DNA from: Chiloscyllium plagiosum | Taxonomy: Eukaryota | Assembly (NCBI RefSeq): GCF_004010195.1 | Contig: NC_057714.1 | Span: 7,804,492 to 7,868,491 of the forward strand | DNA length: 64,000 nucleotides | Direction: 5' to 3' | In this document: positions 37,201-49,406 of the stretch, piece by piece | Layout: the number at the start of each line of letters is the position of its first letter | How positions within the stretch are numbered: position 1 is the stretch's first letter | Notes under the pieces: generated by a model | Database searches by the model: none | Told to the model about the DNA's origin: nothing | Seen by the model: the letters and a program-made list of their open reading frames with translations, nothing else | Translations under genes and position numbers: made by a program

Positions 37201-40200
37201 ACATTTACAGATGACCTGCTAAAGTGTAGACACAAATATTACTTATGTGCGCATACATTAATAGAAGTGTACAAATGTAAGTGTATAATGAACTGGGGAA
37301 ATCCATATATGTAGATTTCACATACAAAACGAATTTATTTAATATCCCTACCTATACATATTTCTACCCATACTTATATGTGTGTGCATTCAAACACGCA
37401 TACGATATTAAGCTTATAATAGTTGTGATAATGCTTGGGGCAGATAATACTGCAAACCATTCTGAGTACGTCATCTTTAATTTCTATCTGAGTAACAAGT
37501 GTTGAATTTTCAAACTGACACAAGGCATAATTAACCTATCACCTAATAGATTTGACTATATTTAGCGGTGGATTATATTTCATCTGTCCGAAATTTTTAA
37601 ATAACATGTTGCCATTGATAAATAATATAGAACTGCAGTATTTACAAAAGTTAAGTATATCTTCGGTAAATGTACGCATGTATGATTATGTGAGCACAAT
37701 TCCATTTAACACTCTAATATCACACGTCAAAATATATTTGAAATTGACGTGATACATTTTGTGTGATATATAACTCAATAGTTCCTTAAAATCACAAATC
37801 CAACTGTTCTACTTAGGGCTATTTTAAATTGAGTACACATTAAATTATCACTTCCAATTCGAGTGTTTTTGCATCTCCAGATACGAGATTGTATGTCAAG
37901 AAAAGCAAAATAAACTTTTTTAAAGGTCTTTGTTACCTTTTTGGATTTAGTACATGTAATTTGTGAGGTCGACTGTGAATTTTTCAGTCGTTTGGATCTG
38001 TATTTTTCGCGCTAGCTAAGGTTTCCCGGTAGTGATGTTGTTTACTGGTTGGCCAAATATCACAGGCCAAAAGATTTCATATCAACTTCGAAGATTTGCA
38101 CTGCTACTTTTGTTTAGGATACGAGTTCGTCCGTGTATATTTGGATACGAATGCAGTATCACAGAGTGGCTTTCTCGTTGCCAATATGACTATTTCAAAT
38201 ACTTAATGAATTAACAGTAACACTTTAGCTTAGTATTTCTATGTGTGAAAGTATAAACAGTTAAAATGGAAGTGTCTATGGTAAATCCGTGAAAGACTTT
38301 GTGGAAACACTTTTTCAAAATGAAGCATTATATTGTGATGTGAGCGTTGTCCATCGCACTCAAAATATTTACTAAGTCCTACACGCAAGAAAATGTAAAA
38401 CCACAATCTTAGCCACTGTTATTTGAAGTAATTTACATAACTCATTAATAAAGTATAACAAAGAGGCTGCATGCAATTCATTAATTGCGGCTTTCATTAA
38501 AACGCAGTTCACTCCTTTTCCTCTGGTACACACAGGCGCGGTCAGTTTGTTGTTGACATTTAGTATAAGTTCGGCATTTCATTGTTATCCCATATGTTCT
38601 TTCAGCTGAAAGGGATTCAGTCATTTTGTCACATTGTAAGTTTAGTGGGCACACAGGCTACGTGTGTGGGTCCTGAATGATCATCTGGGAGACAACAGCA
38701 TCACACGATGGGCTTGGAATATGTGAACTTGACAAAGATTAGGCGCAATTAGAAGATTCTCGCTTTTGCGTTCGGAAAGGTACGCCAACTGGGCACTGGA
38801 TGGAGAAACGGCTTTGCGATTCCATCGCACCTGTGTATGGTGCGGTACACGCCAATTTTGAAAGATTGTGGATTATAAAGCGGGAGGAATCTATTGATAA
38901 AGTGCAGGGGAGTGGTTCACCTATTCGTGTTCCAGTTTTGCCCGCGTTTGAGGTGAGTACAGAGCCTTTTAACGTAGATAATTCGGAATTCCGAGCTGTG
39001 CACCTCTAGCCAAGTTCAAAGTAAAGATCCTTCAAGTTCAAAACCAGCCAATTCAAGTAAAACTGTGCTTCCTTTCTCTCTATTTCAATGTTGATGGCTA
39101 TTTGACCTGGCTCCCACATTGCTTCAGAGCAGTGGCGTCTGATGAGGTCTAATCTTAATTTATTGTTATTTTTTATGAAGGAAACAACGTTGAAAATTAT
39201 TATTAATCTACTGCTGGATTTATTCAACCTTTATATCTGCATTCTTTTTTAATCCCGCTACCGAAACCCATAGCTGGTACCTTGCTGTTGAAGCATCGAT
39301 TATAACTATACTTTTTTTAAAAATTTCACAACGTACATGCCAAGTTCAGAAGCATCACATCAATTCCTAGTTCTCTTCGAATTAGCATTTCGTCTAAAAC
39401 TAATGATGGGTGTATGGTTCAAAATGAAATGGCGATAGGCTCAGAAATACTGAGAAGTGAAACTTCGACCTTGTGAACTAGAAAGTAAAACGCAACTGTA
39501 TTGAATATATAATGTTCTATTCCTCCAATTATTCCAAAGGGGAGACTTCGGGATGAAATAATTTGCCTTTATTTTGCCGGGTAGTGCAATTCGAATAAAC
39601 AAGGCGTGGGCCAAAGTTTGCTATGCGACCTATTGGCCAATTTAATACTGGGATGTTTTCGACAGGGGAATTTATTGAAATAACATCTAAAGCTTTGTAA
39701 CAAAACATGTGAAAAAGTTTCAATAGTTTTATTAGGAAATTTTATAGGAGCTAAAAATGAACCCGGATTTAAATCGTAAATATTTACGCAAATATTTTGA
39801 TGCATTCCGAGCGCTGTACTACAGATACAATCAAGCACTCGTTGTACAGTATATCGCTTTAGACTAAAATGAATGTCCTTACAGCTTTTTCAAATGCGTA
39901 AAGTGCTCACTTATAACATACAAAGTGTATTACTTTCAAGTTTCATTGCCGCTCCTTACTAAATGCTCCTTCTCCTGTGAGGCTATTATCGTACTTTCCT
40001 GTTTTTGACTGGGCGCAAAAATAATGTTAGGGAATACGTTTAACATATTAATTTTGCTGAGTTGTAGCTCGCAATGTTTTATATACAATCTCTTGTTACA
40101 GGAGCATTTTAATAAATCTACTGGGGCTCAATAAAATTAACAAAGGAACAATCTCGCACAACTGTGGCTTAGTTTTTCATCTTTAAGTATGATCCACCTG

Positions 40201-43200
40201 GAGGCTGTGCCTATCAAAACTTGGAATGGTCTTTGAATCTCGAATAAATGTTGTTTATTAATACACAGTAAGCATTTTTCTCTCAATAAAATGCTAGTTT
40301 TTCGAAGTATTTTCGCTTCAATGAACTTTGTGCGGAATTTCCGAGACATTAGGCATAAAAATGGCCGACACTATCTGTTGTCATTGCCACTGAAGAGGCG
40401 GCAAAACCACCACAGACAACAAAACAAAAACACGGATTTTCGTTAAAAAGACACTAACTCTGCTGAAGCCAATAAGTTTGCAGTTTAGATTTTGAGAGTC
40501 ACGACCTTTTTTTGGCAATTAGAAAAGTACAAACTCATTGGAGAACCACCACAATAACATCCCAACCCGACGTCATCCAGCGCCAAGAAAAGGGTTTATT
40601 AGTACAATTATTGATTTAGAATGCGAAATGATGCTTTCTCCGAAATGTCTGAATTTCTCGATGCTCGCAGTTCACCGTGCAGATTTCAAAACCAGCTACT
40701 TTTTAATGAATGAATAACTGTGTCTTACAATAAAGTGGAAGAGTTCCGTCAAAAGGCAGCAGTTGCTGTCTGAGCACTAGCTTCAGTTGCATTTTTCAGA
40801 GGACTTGTAGAGGCTGGGATGAGGCTATATCCACTTTCAGCTTTACATGATGTTGTCCTTCTCATTTTCAACATTTATCCCATCTGCTGGGGAAAATGAT
40901 AGGGCAGAAATGAATGAAAACATTCCAAGTTAGAAAATTGACTTGCCTTTTGGCATAGTAAAGTGTTTTTGCGGTGGCAGGCAATTAAGCTATATGTGAC
41001 TTCGTTTGCGAGATGACAAGCGACGTAACTCGTGGGGAGAACGGAAAACTAACGGGAAGAGAAATTCCTGCAAAATTTGGAAAAGGACAACAATAGCCGG
41101 CCGTTTCCATGCCGTATTGATTAGCTTCAGGGCAACAATAAAAATCTACTGGCCACAAATATAGTTATCAAACTTTTACCCAGTGGTTCTTGATATTTAA
41201 AAATGAATGAATCCATGCGGGACAGATTATACTTAACTCGCGGGTTCATTGCAATTACTGACACGACCGACTTCACAAATGTCGCCAGGGCTCCTGCAAA
41301 TATTTACCTTTTTCTCTGTCCCTCTCTCTCTCTCTCTCCCGAAGATTTAATTTAAGCCATTGACATTATGATTTAGCTTTCATTTCGCGCGATAGAACTT
41401 TTTTGTTAAAAAAAAGTACATTTCTTACACGGATGCAGAATTTTTTCAAAGTTGAAGTTCAATGTTACGCAGGCGCTGCATCTTTAAAGTGCAAAGCTCT
41501 GAAATAACTCGAGTGAGGACTTCGTCTGACCGCAGTCTTATTTTTGGCCCTAGCTTTTTAAAAATTAGTTTCAAACTTTAACAATAGGGTTTCAAATCCG
41601 ATTTCGTTGCTGATAAGAACCGCGACAAAGCTTCGAAGTGCACATCAGTGTAAAGAAATTCAGCTTCATCCGGGTCTCAGCCCTCCCGTTGACTTGGACT
41701 CCTGCAGGAAAATAGACTGCGCCGCAATAATTCACTGATCCCCTTAAACTTCAGTATTTACATTATATTTGATTCACCATCAAATAGCAGTCGAATCTCT
41801 GCAGTGTTTACCTGATCTTATTCCAGCAAGGTACGTCTATTTAATTTTTGGAACCGTTCCTTTAGCTTTACACGATCACAGTCTTGGAAATGAGTATAGG
41901 CTAAAGGCTTAAACTGACGGCACGAATCAATTAGACTGTGAATCTGTAATTGAGAGTGACTGTAAAAGAGCGATTCCCCCAATAGATGAGAATTGGGAAA
42001 AGCTGATGGAGAGAAAATGGCGAAGCGAAGAAGATAGTGAATAGGTCTCCACTCATTTATCGCCTTTTACTTAATCGGAAATGTAATCGCCAGCTTCCCC
42101 TTTCGTTCGGGAGATTATGAAATAGCTACGACGACCCTGTTCTCTTCGAAACAGCATCGGCAAACTGCGTTCAAAGATACAATATAATTATTGGGAATCT
42201 GCCCCCTCCTCAAGATAAGTAAAAAGGGTAAGAAACTAGATTTTGACCAACATGTAGGGATGACGCTCAATGTACAGTTAAAAGAAAACTTCCTCTTTCT
42301 AACACTCAGCCTGACTTTTGATCAGACAAAGCAAGGCTTCTTGCTTCTGTTTTTTTTTCGGGACGCCTGATTGCTCATGTTAGCTGGGAACGTCAGAGAT
42401 CCCATGTAGGTGGCGTCTTCAGCTCACCCCTGGTCAGCTATAATGCCTATTCCGGGGGATCCAGAGGAGTCGGTTGTCAAAACTGCTATTAAAACCGCAG
42501 GTCAAACTAAACGGCCCGCTTTCGGTTGTCATAGGCGTTCTGTATTTAATTATATTATTATATATGTGTTGGAATTTGACCATCGGTACAGCGACAGAGT
42601 GTGCTACCGTCTTTCGGCTTTCCTTTCTGTATAAAAAAATCCTAAACCTTCAAAAAAATCTGCATTGCACTTAAGTAGTCCCGAATGCCAAGACTGGTGA
42701 ACAAAAACCTACGTACCAATCAAACCAGTTAGGTTTCAAAGGCACTATTTCAATTCCTTCTTATTTTTTAAAAAAAAAACATCAGATTTGCAGTCTCTTG
42801 CATGTTATGGGTATCCTTTGCCATTCTGATTAATGCAAATGAATTTATTTTCTATCGAAACCGTAAATAACAATTTAGAGATGATGTAAGGTAAATTCTT
42901 GATCTATGTGTAATATACAATGCCAGTGCTGCATAGACAGTGTTGTATTGATATTTTCAGATCCTTATGATAAAACGTGGACCTTGGACATTGTCAGATT
43001 CATATTCTCAGTATTTTCAATAGCTAAGATTTTTGGAACATGCGCCACCATTTTTTAAATAGCAATTATTTTTTTCAGCTACAGTAGGCTAGGTATTTGA
43101 AGCAGGTATTATGAAGATTTTGCATTGGTCTGTATTTATTATAACGAAACTGTTAGAAAAGCAAGATTCAACAGGCAACTTGTTATTAACGCTGTTCCAA

Positions 43201-44634
43201 GTACGGCTTTCTTTTTACTGCATGGAATTTAATTTAAATAGAAGGTCTTTCTGGCATATGTTTATGGCAAAGGTCCTTTTTTCCCAGGAAACCTGTTTGT
43301 TTTGGCATAACGCAGTTGTTTTTGGAACAGAAAAAAGCCAATTTGTGACAAATTCTAAGGCAAAGTTTAACTTCAACTCTTTTGTGCAGTCCTATTCTTT
43401 TCAACACATCAGGATTCACCGCATGGCGTTCTAACTCTTAGGGTGTATTTAAATCATAAATATTGTTGCATGGAGATAGTGCACCGAAATAAAATGCTTT
43501 TTATTGGGCGTTCTTCAATGAATGTAACCCTCACTAAAGTAAAACTATTTAAAAAACACCTCAAGCTGCACAAAATCTGAGTCTGATGCTTATTCAGTTG
43601 TCCTTGGTGACATTTTACAGAAATATGGAGAAATATACCCACGACCAATGTCAAATAAAACAGCACCCCCTCTTATCAGCTTTTGCCCACTTCTGGCTGC
43701 GGTATTCCCAACTTAGTTTTAACGACAGAATGCGTTCTTGAACAACACACGCAAAAAAAAATTGGTCTGAATGTAAAATTAAGGTGCACATGGGATTTTT
43801 CACTCCAATATTCCTAATCTTCCACCGAAGTGGATGACTGGTTTTATATAATTTGCTGACAGGGCCAGGGTTTTGTGTGTGATGGAGTTGAACGTGACCA
43901 TGCCCGCTTATAACAAGCCAGAAGCAGAACAACTATCTTAAGAGAATAAAAAAGTCTGTCCGCCTCACATATTTGTCAGATTTGTCCGGATTGGGTTTAT
44001 TTCTGGCGGCAGGAGTAATCTAACTATGGTAGATAAAGTAAAAAAAGAAACAAACTAGATCCGTGCCGAACGGTCTAACTTTTCTTCTCTATGCATCTGT
44101 GTGGTCTATTGGAGATTTTCAGAAAAGGTGGGAGACTATTTTACTTAAAACAGGATCTAGCCATTTAAAGATTGCAACCTCGTCCTAATAAATATCGGTA
44201 AGATTTCTTGTAGAACCTTTGTCTTTATTCGTTTGTAATTTCACAAATTCTGAGCAGGCGACACAAGCAGAAAACACAGCGGTCTTTCATTTTTAAAAAG
44301 GCCAAAATGAACGAGTGAGCAGAGGAGATTATTTGTTAATAAAAATGCCGAATATGCCGCAGAATCAACATGGGAGAGATCGGTCGAAAAGCATTTTGTT
44401 CGAGAAAATAGAGTTTCTGATACATTTCCATTGCGGAAATTGTTAAGTGTGATTTCGCGTCTACCCTGGCTGCAACTCAGCTGGTTGGAGCGCCATGAAG
44501 TGAGTGTGCCAAATGCGTCTCTGGTGTGAAGGTTGAACACCTTCACAGTATTATTCGAGCTTCCCGTTCCCTCTTTCTAAATGTGCAGAGCTGAGATGTA
44601 AAGAGCTTTGCACTCCTGGTGCGAGGGGGGAATC

Positions 44635-44775
44635 CAAAGTGATGCATGTCAATTTCTCCAGGCATCTGGTCACATGACTGCCCTGTCCCTGCGATGTATG
44701 GAGATACATTTCCACGTCAGCTTACGTTTCCAAATTTTTACTCCGCGGATCAGCTTCAAAGAGGCAGCAGCATCT
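44635..44775 (+). promoter_or_regulatory. HoxA11 conserved promoter/5' leader
   Basis: GGTCACATGAC (E-box-like) and CCACGTCAGCTTACGT..CAAATTT..ACT...CGGATC.GCTTCAAAGAGGCAGC match the block recalled upstream of tetrapod HOXA11. Confidence 0.7.
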
Positions 44776-44837
44776 AAGGACCATGTTTAGCTGTGCGAAT
44801 GCAAGCTATTCTTGCGCTAGGGGACCCCAAGCAAGCG

Positions 44838-45447
44838 ATGATGGATTTTGATGAGCGGGTTTCTTGTGGCTCTAATCTTTATTTGCCTAGCTGCACCTAT
44901 TATGTCTCGGGTCCGGATTTCTCCAGTCTGCCTTCTTTTCTACCCCAAACGCCGGCTTCTCGCCCCATGACATACTCCTACTCGTCCAATATCCCCCAGG
45001 TTCAACCTGTGCGAGAAGTTACCTTCAGAGACTATGCCATCGATCCTTCCAATAAGTGGCATCACAGGGGGAATCTCCCGCACTGCTACTCCGCAGAGGA
45101 GCTGATGCACAGAGAATGTCTGCCTGCCAGTACCATGGGCGAGATGTTAATGAAAAATAGCGCCAGCGTTTACCACCCCAGCTCCAACGCGTCCTCCAGC
45201 TTCTACAACCCGGTGGGGAGGAACGGGGTCCTGCCGCAAGGATTTGACCAGTTTTTCGAGACTGCCTACGGTTCCAGTGAGAATCAGCAGTCGGAGTATT
45301 GCGGGGAGAAGAGCCCAGATAAAGCGCCGTCTGCGGCAACTTCAAGTTCGGAGACTTCGAGGGTGTCTGTGGAGAAGGAGACGAGCCCGGGGAGTAGCAG
45401 CCCGGAGTCTTCTTCCGGCAACAATGAGGAAAAAGGCAGCAACTCCA
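44838..45447 (+). CDS. HoxA11: Homeobox protein HoxA11, exon 1
   Basis: [39 protein letters not shown]...[10 protein letters not shown]...[18 protein letters not shown]. The phase-1 donor A|GTAGGT at 45447/45448 is the only phase compatible with exon 2. Confidence 0.97.
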
Positions 45448-46673
45448 GTAGGTAGAGTCAGTGCCCACTTGTGAGAGAAAGTTTTGCGATCTCGCGCTCT
45501 GCTGTTAAAATTTTTATGTGCTGTTTTATAAGCATATAAGGGGGTTTATGGATGGCCTGTAGATTTCCCAACAAAACTTTTTTTTATATAAATGACAGGA
45601 TCACGTGTCCAGCTCTGAAATTGGCCGTGAAATAACTCCAGCCAATCGCTGCATTAAAATACTTCTACCAGCACCTCAAAAAGTGAGTTTGGGGTTTAAA
45701 AAATTCTGATCAGTTAAATTATTAGGTGTAAATTTATTAAAATTTGCTTTTGGATGCGTGTGACCTTTGTGTGTATTAATGCAACTCAGTGATTCTATAA
45801 AACACATGTGTTGACACAAAAGCTCTATTTATAGGTTGTATTCGGTTCCATAAGTAACCGCTTTAAAACATAATGTGGCAAAATGACATTTTTAACAGCT
45901 ATATAAATACTGCAATACTTCTAACATGGAGCTTTCCATCATATAAACTTATTTCAGAGCCGGGTGACCGTATTTTATTTAATAATCACATTTTATAGTT
46001 GCACGTTTCACCGGCAGAGTCTTAAGACTGCAATGTTACTTCTGAAGACTGCTCCATGTTGAGTCTTACGATGCGGAATGACTGTAGAATTAAGTTCCCT
46101 CCCCTCAGGAAACTAATTCCTGCTTCGCAGTGCCTATTAAAAAGGTACCTCAAGTATCCCATTCCCCAGCCCCTTTTAGTTGACGCTGTTCAGATAAATT
46201 AAAAGTTTTTGCACCTTTCAATGTCCCTTTTTCTGTCTTAAATGCACGCATCGTAGAGCTGAGTCATCTTTATAATAAAAAATCACTTTTTAAAATTGTA
46301 GCTAACGTCTGATGCCAGGAGGCTCGTTTTTAACTTTCAAGTATAAGGTTGGAATGAGGCTATGAACTAGTTACAGCTAGCAAAGTCCAAATCCATTTGA
46401 ATCCATGCAAATCGAGGCAGCCATTTTTTATCACTAGGACTTGGCAAAATATGAGAGGAATAGCGTGCTGTTGCTTTGTGTAGACAATTATTTACTTCGA
46501 GTACTGCTGAGAGAGACAAAAAAAGCTGCTATGTGAAAATTGGGAGCCTTGCAGAGTTACCTCCACTTCCCTTTTGAAAGTGTTCAGAGTAAAGCACATA
46601 TTGACGGCCGGAAAGCTGAGTGTTCCTCTCAGTTACAACGACCAAAGTTTAACTCACTGTTTACCTGTTACAG

Positions 46674-46906
46674 GTGGCCAGCGTACACGCAAAAAGCGGT
46701 GCCCCTACACCAAGTACCAGATCCGGGAGCTGGAGAGAGAATTTTTTTTCAGTGTCTACATCAACAAAGAGAAGCGGCTGCAACTTTCCCGGATGCTCAA
46801 CTTAACCGACCGGCAAGTTAAAATTTGGTTTCAGAACAGGAGGATGAAGGAAAAGAAGCTAAACAGGGACCGCCTTCAGTATTACACCACGAATCCATTG
46901 CTCTGA
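46674..46906 (+). CDS. HoxA11: Homeobox protein HoxA11, exon 2 (spliced protein ~280 aa)
   Basis: Acceptor TTTACCTGTTACAG; [76 protein letters not shown]. Confidence 0.97.
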
Positions 46907-49370
46907 GATTAGACTGCGATTACAAAGAGGAATTTCTCCTTCCTATGGTCTCCTTCTACGAAGAAAGCGGCCAGGGCGAAAGCAGAGGTAAAACAAAAAC
47001 TCAAGTTCGAGTTTGAGAGCAGACACTTTAGTACAGTTTTGACAGGCCGGACAACTTTGCAAAACTAACTGGGACGTCTAAGTTTCAACTTTAAACAGTA
47101 ACTGGAATTAATGATCATCGTTTGTTTCACATAACACATTATTATATTCTCACTTGTGTGATCGACATGCTTTGTACAAAGGGTGTCTCGAGAGATAATT
47201 GTTGAGATGCCAATGTGAATGCTTGGATTTAGTTCAGCGAAACAGAATTGTCTTAATTCGAAGGAGAATGCAGCATCGTTTTGAATTCAGACCTGTGCAT
47301 TGGAGCCCTAGGAGAACCAGTTGACTGTTGTGGACCAGCTGCAATATAAAAACAAAGTAATAAAATGTGCGCATGCTTTAGATTAGGAAGCTTTCGGTGG
47401 CGCTCACTATCAATCACAACTATTGGATATATATTTTTTATCTTCAGTTACAAGGAGTAGCAACCAACCTCGTTCTTTTTGTAACTGACCTTTCCGTAAG
47501 GGTGGGGGGAGTGTTGGGTTGGGGGGCTGGTGGTGGTTAGCGCGACTGTTCTCTAAACAATGCCTGCTCATCACTGCTTAGGAGACTGAAACTTGTCTGT
47601 ATAAAAGACAGATTAAAACCTAGATCTCAACAATAAATCCGTGTGTTTTTTCTACAAATAATGAGGAGTAGTTCCCGCCCCCACCCCTCGTTCCCCAAAA
47701 GGAGAGCATGCATGTAAATATGCAACCTGGAATTCATTCTCAAAAGATGGCTGCTGTTGGGAATCACAGGCATTTTTGTGTCAAATTCATGTTCACCTCC
47801 AAAATAAGCAAGTGTAATTAAATTCTGTTTAGAATGTAAAGTTTGTACCTTTTTTGGCGTGGTACTCTCTATATAAACACTTTACCGTTTAAAACATAGC
47901 TTGGGGTTATAGAAAACGGGCTATCTTATGCTTGCTGAAGCAATCCGTGAGTGGTTATTTGTACTTGACATATTGTGCGTCGTTATTTGCAAATGCAGTT
48001 TTTACGTTTAACTTTTCAAAGAGAAGGGATACTACCCATGATGACATACTTGAGCACAAATTATTGTAAATATTTTGCTCTTTTCGTACAATATGAATGT
48101 GTATTGACAGTTTTAAATAGGAATAGAGTTTAAAAACTGCTGCTCATGCATCTATTATTTTCACGGATTCCTTCAAAAGATGACAAGTCTGCAGTGCTTA
48201 CAATATTGAAGCCATCTTTGTCCGTGTGAACCAAAGACAAAAAATTATTTTCATTGAACACATACGTGTTTTATTGCACAATGGTAACATTTCCTGTAAT
48301 TCACCGAGTAATTTTTTAATAGGCCGAGATACCTACAGGCCGCATTATACAAAGATCGCCTATTCGTTACCTGGTAACATATGCCAGCCTTTTAAAATAG
48401 TTCTTTTTATTATATCAATCGAATCTAAATGTTTGTGTGGTCTCCATCAGGACCCTCATTAAAAGTAGGTGGTTTCCTTGTACCTTCACATGAAAAGATA
48501 AATGGCAGCGGCCGAATATCTGCCTTTATCCCCCTTTTTTCGGTAAAGTTGGTTTAATTTGCAAGACACTGAAACATATTAAAATGATTGGACGATGCCC
48601 CACACACTGGGGTGTTTTTGTTTTGCATTAAGCGCTTGGATTTTAAAAACAAACTGCAACTTCCTTTATGGGGATACTTTTAATCAAATTCTGTTTAATT
48701 AAATGTGATGCCAACATTTGCTTAACATTTGTATATAATTTATATTTATCGGTTTGAATAAAAGGGTGTAAGATTTGCATGTACGCGTCCAGAGAGCGCA
48801 CAGTGAGATTCGAGGTGGAAAAATAAACATTTTTTTTCTTGAGGACGATCCATGTAGGCTTCTTCAACTTTGCCGGTATTCACGACAAAAAGTAAAAGAC
48901 CTGCGAAGAGCTGTATTATTGTGTGTTTCATGTACGTAACCAACAATCATTAAAGCTGGTAACATTCCACTTCATCCTAAATCCACTGGTATGCTTCTCT
49001 TTGGTTTATTTTTTGGAAAACTTAGAAATTCAAATCAAATTTAGAACAATGAAATCTCAGTTCGACTTCGACACAGCCAAATTGAACGTCATGGCACATA
49101 CATTGTCAAAAGCGGCTGCACTGCCAGAATTTAACGTGGTTTATTTTGCAGGTATAAAAATTGACCGTGTAATAGAGAATATCGCAAATCTAATCTCTCC
49201 AATGGGTAAGCATTCCACTGCGTTTGATTGGATTTGCACCGACCTATTTTCGCAATGACTGCAATACCTTCCATTTGTACTACAATATTTTAATACCAGT
49301 TTGTATTCCCTTTTCCTGCTTGTTTTCTGGCTTTGAACTTCTGATGCGCTATGGACGTCACCTCTAACCT

Positions 49371-49406
49371 TGGTGGTGGGGGGGGGGGGGGGGGGAGGTG
49401 GTGGTG
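49371..49406 (+). repeat. Poly-G tract (G18) flanked by (GGT)n
   Basis: TGGTGGT-G18-AGGTGGTGGTG. Confidence 0.85.

Noticed and set aside
41030-41090. RK...KR...KIW-like peptide between HoxA13 and HoxA11
   Set aside because: It is too short and out of homeodomain register.
42401-42416. CTCF-like CATGTAGGTGGCG (similar weak matches at ~17785, ~18772 and ~22130)
   Set aside because: Mismatches in the 5' core make these too weak to call without a matrix scan.
45451-45457. Alternative HoxA11 donor AG|GTAGAG
   Set aside because: It is phase 2 and would frameshift the homeobox exon. The donor 4 nt upstream fits.
45025-45468. 147-aa antisense ORF over HoxA11 exon 1
   Set aside because: It is a shadow ORF with no known motif. 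Antisense transcription may exist, but coding is unsupported.
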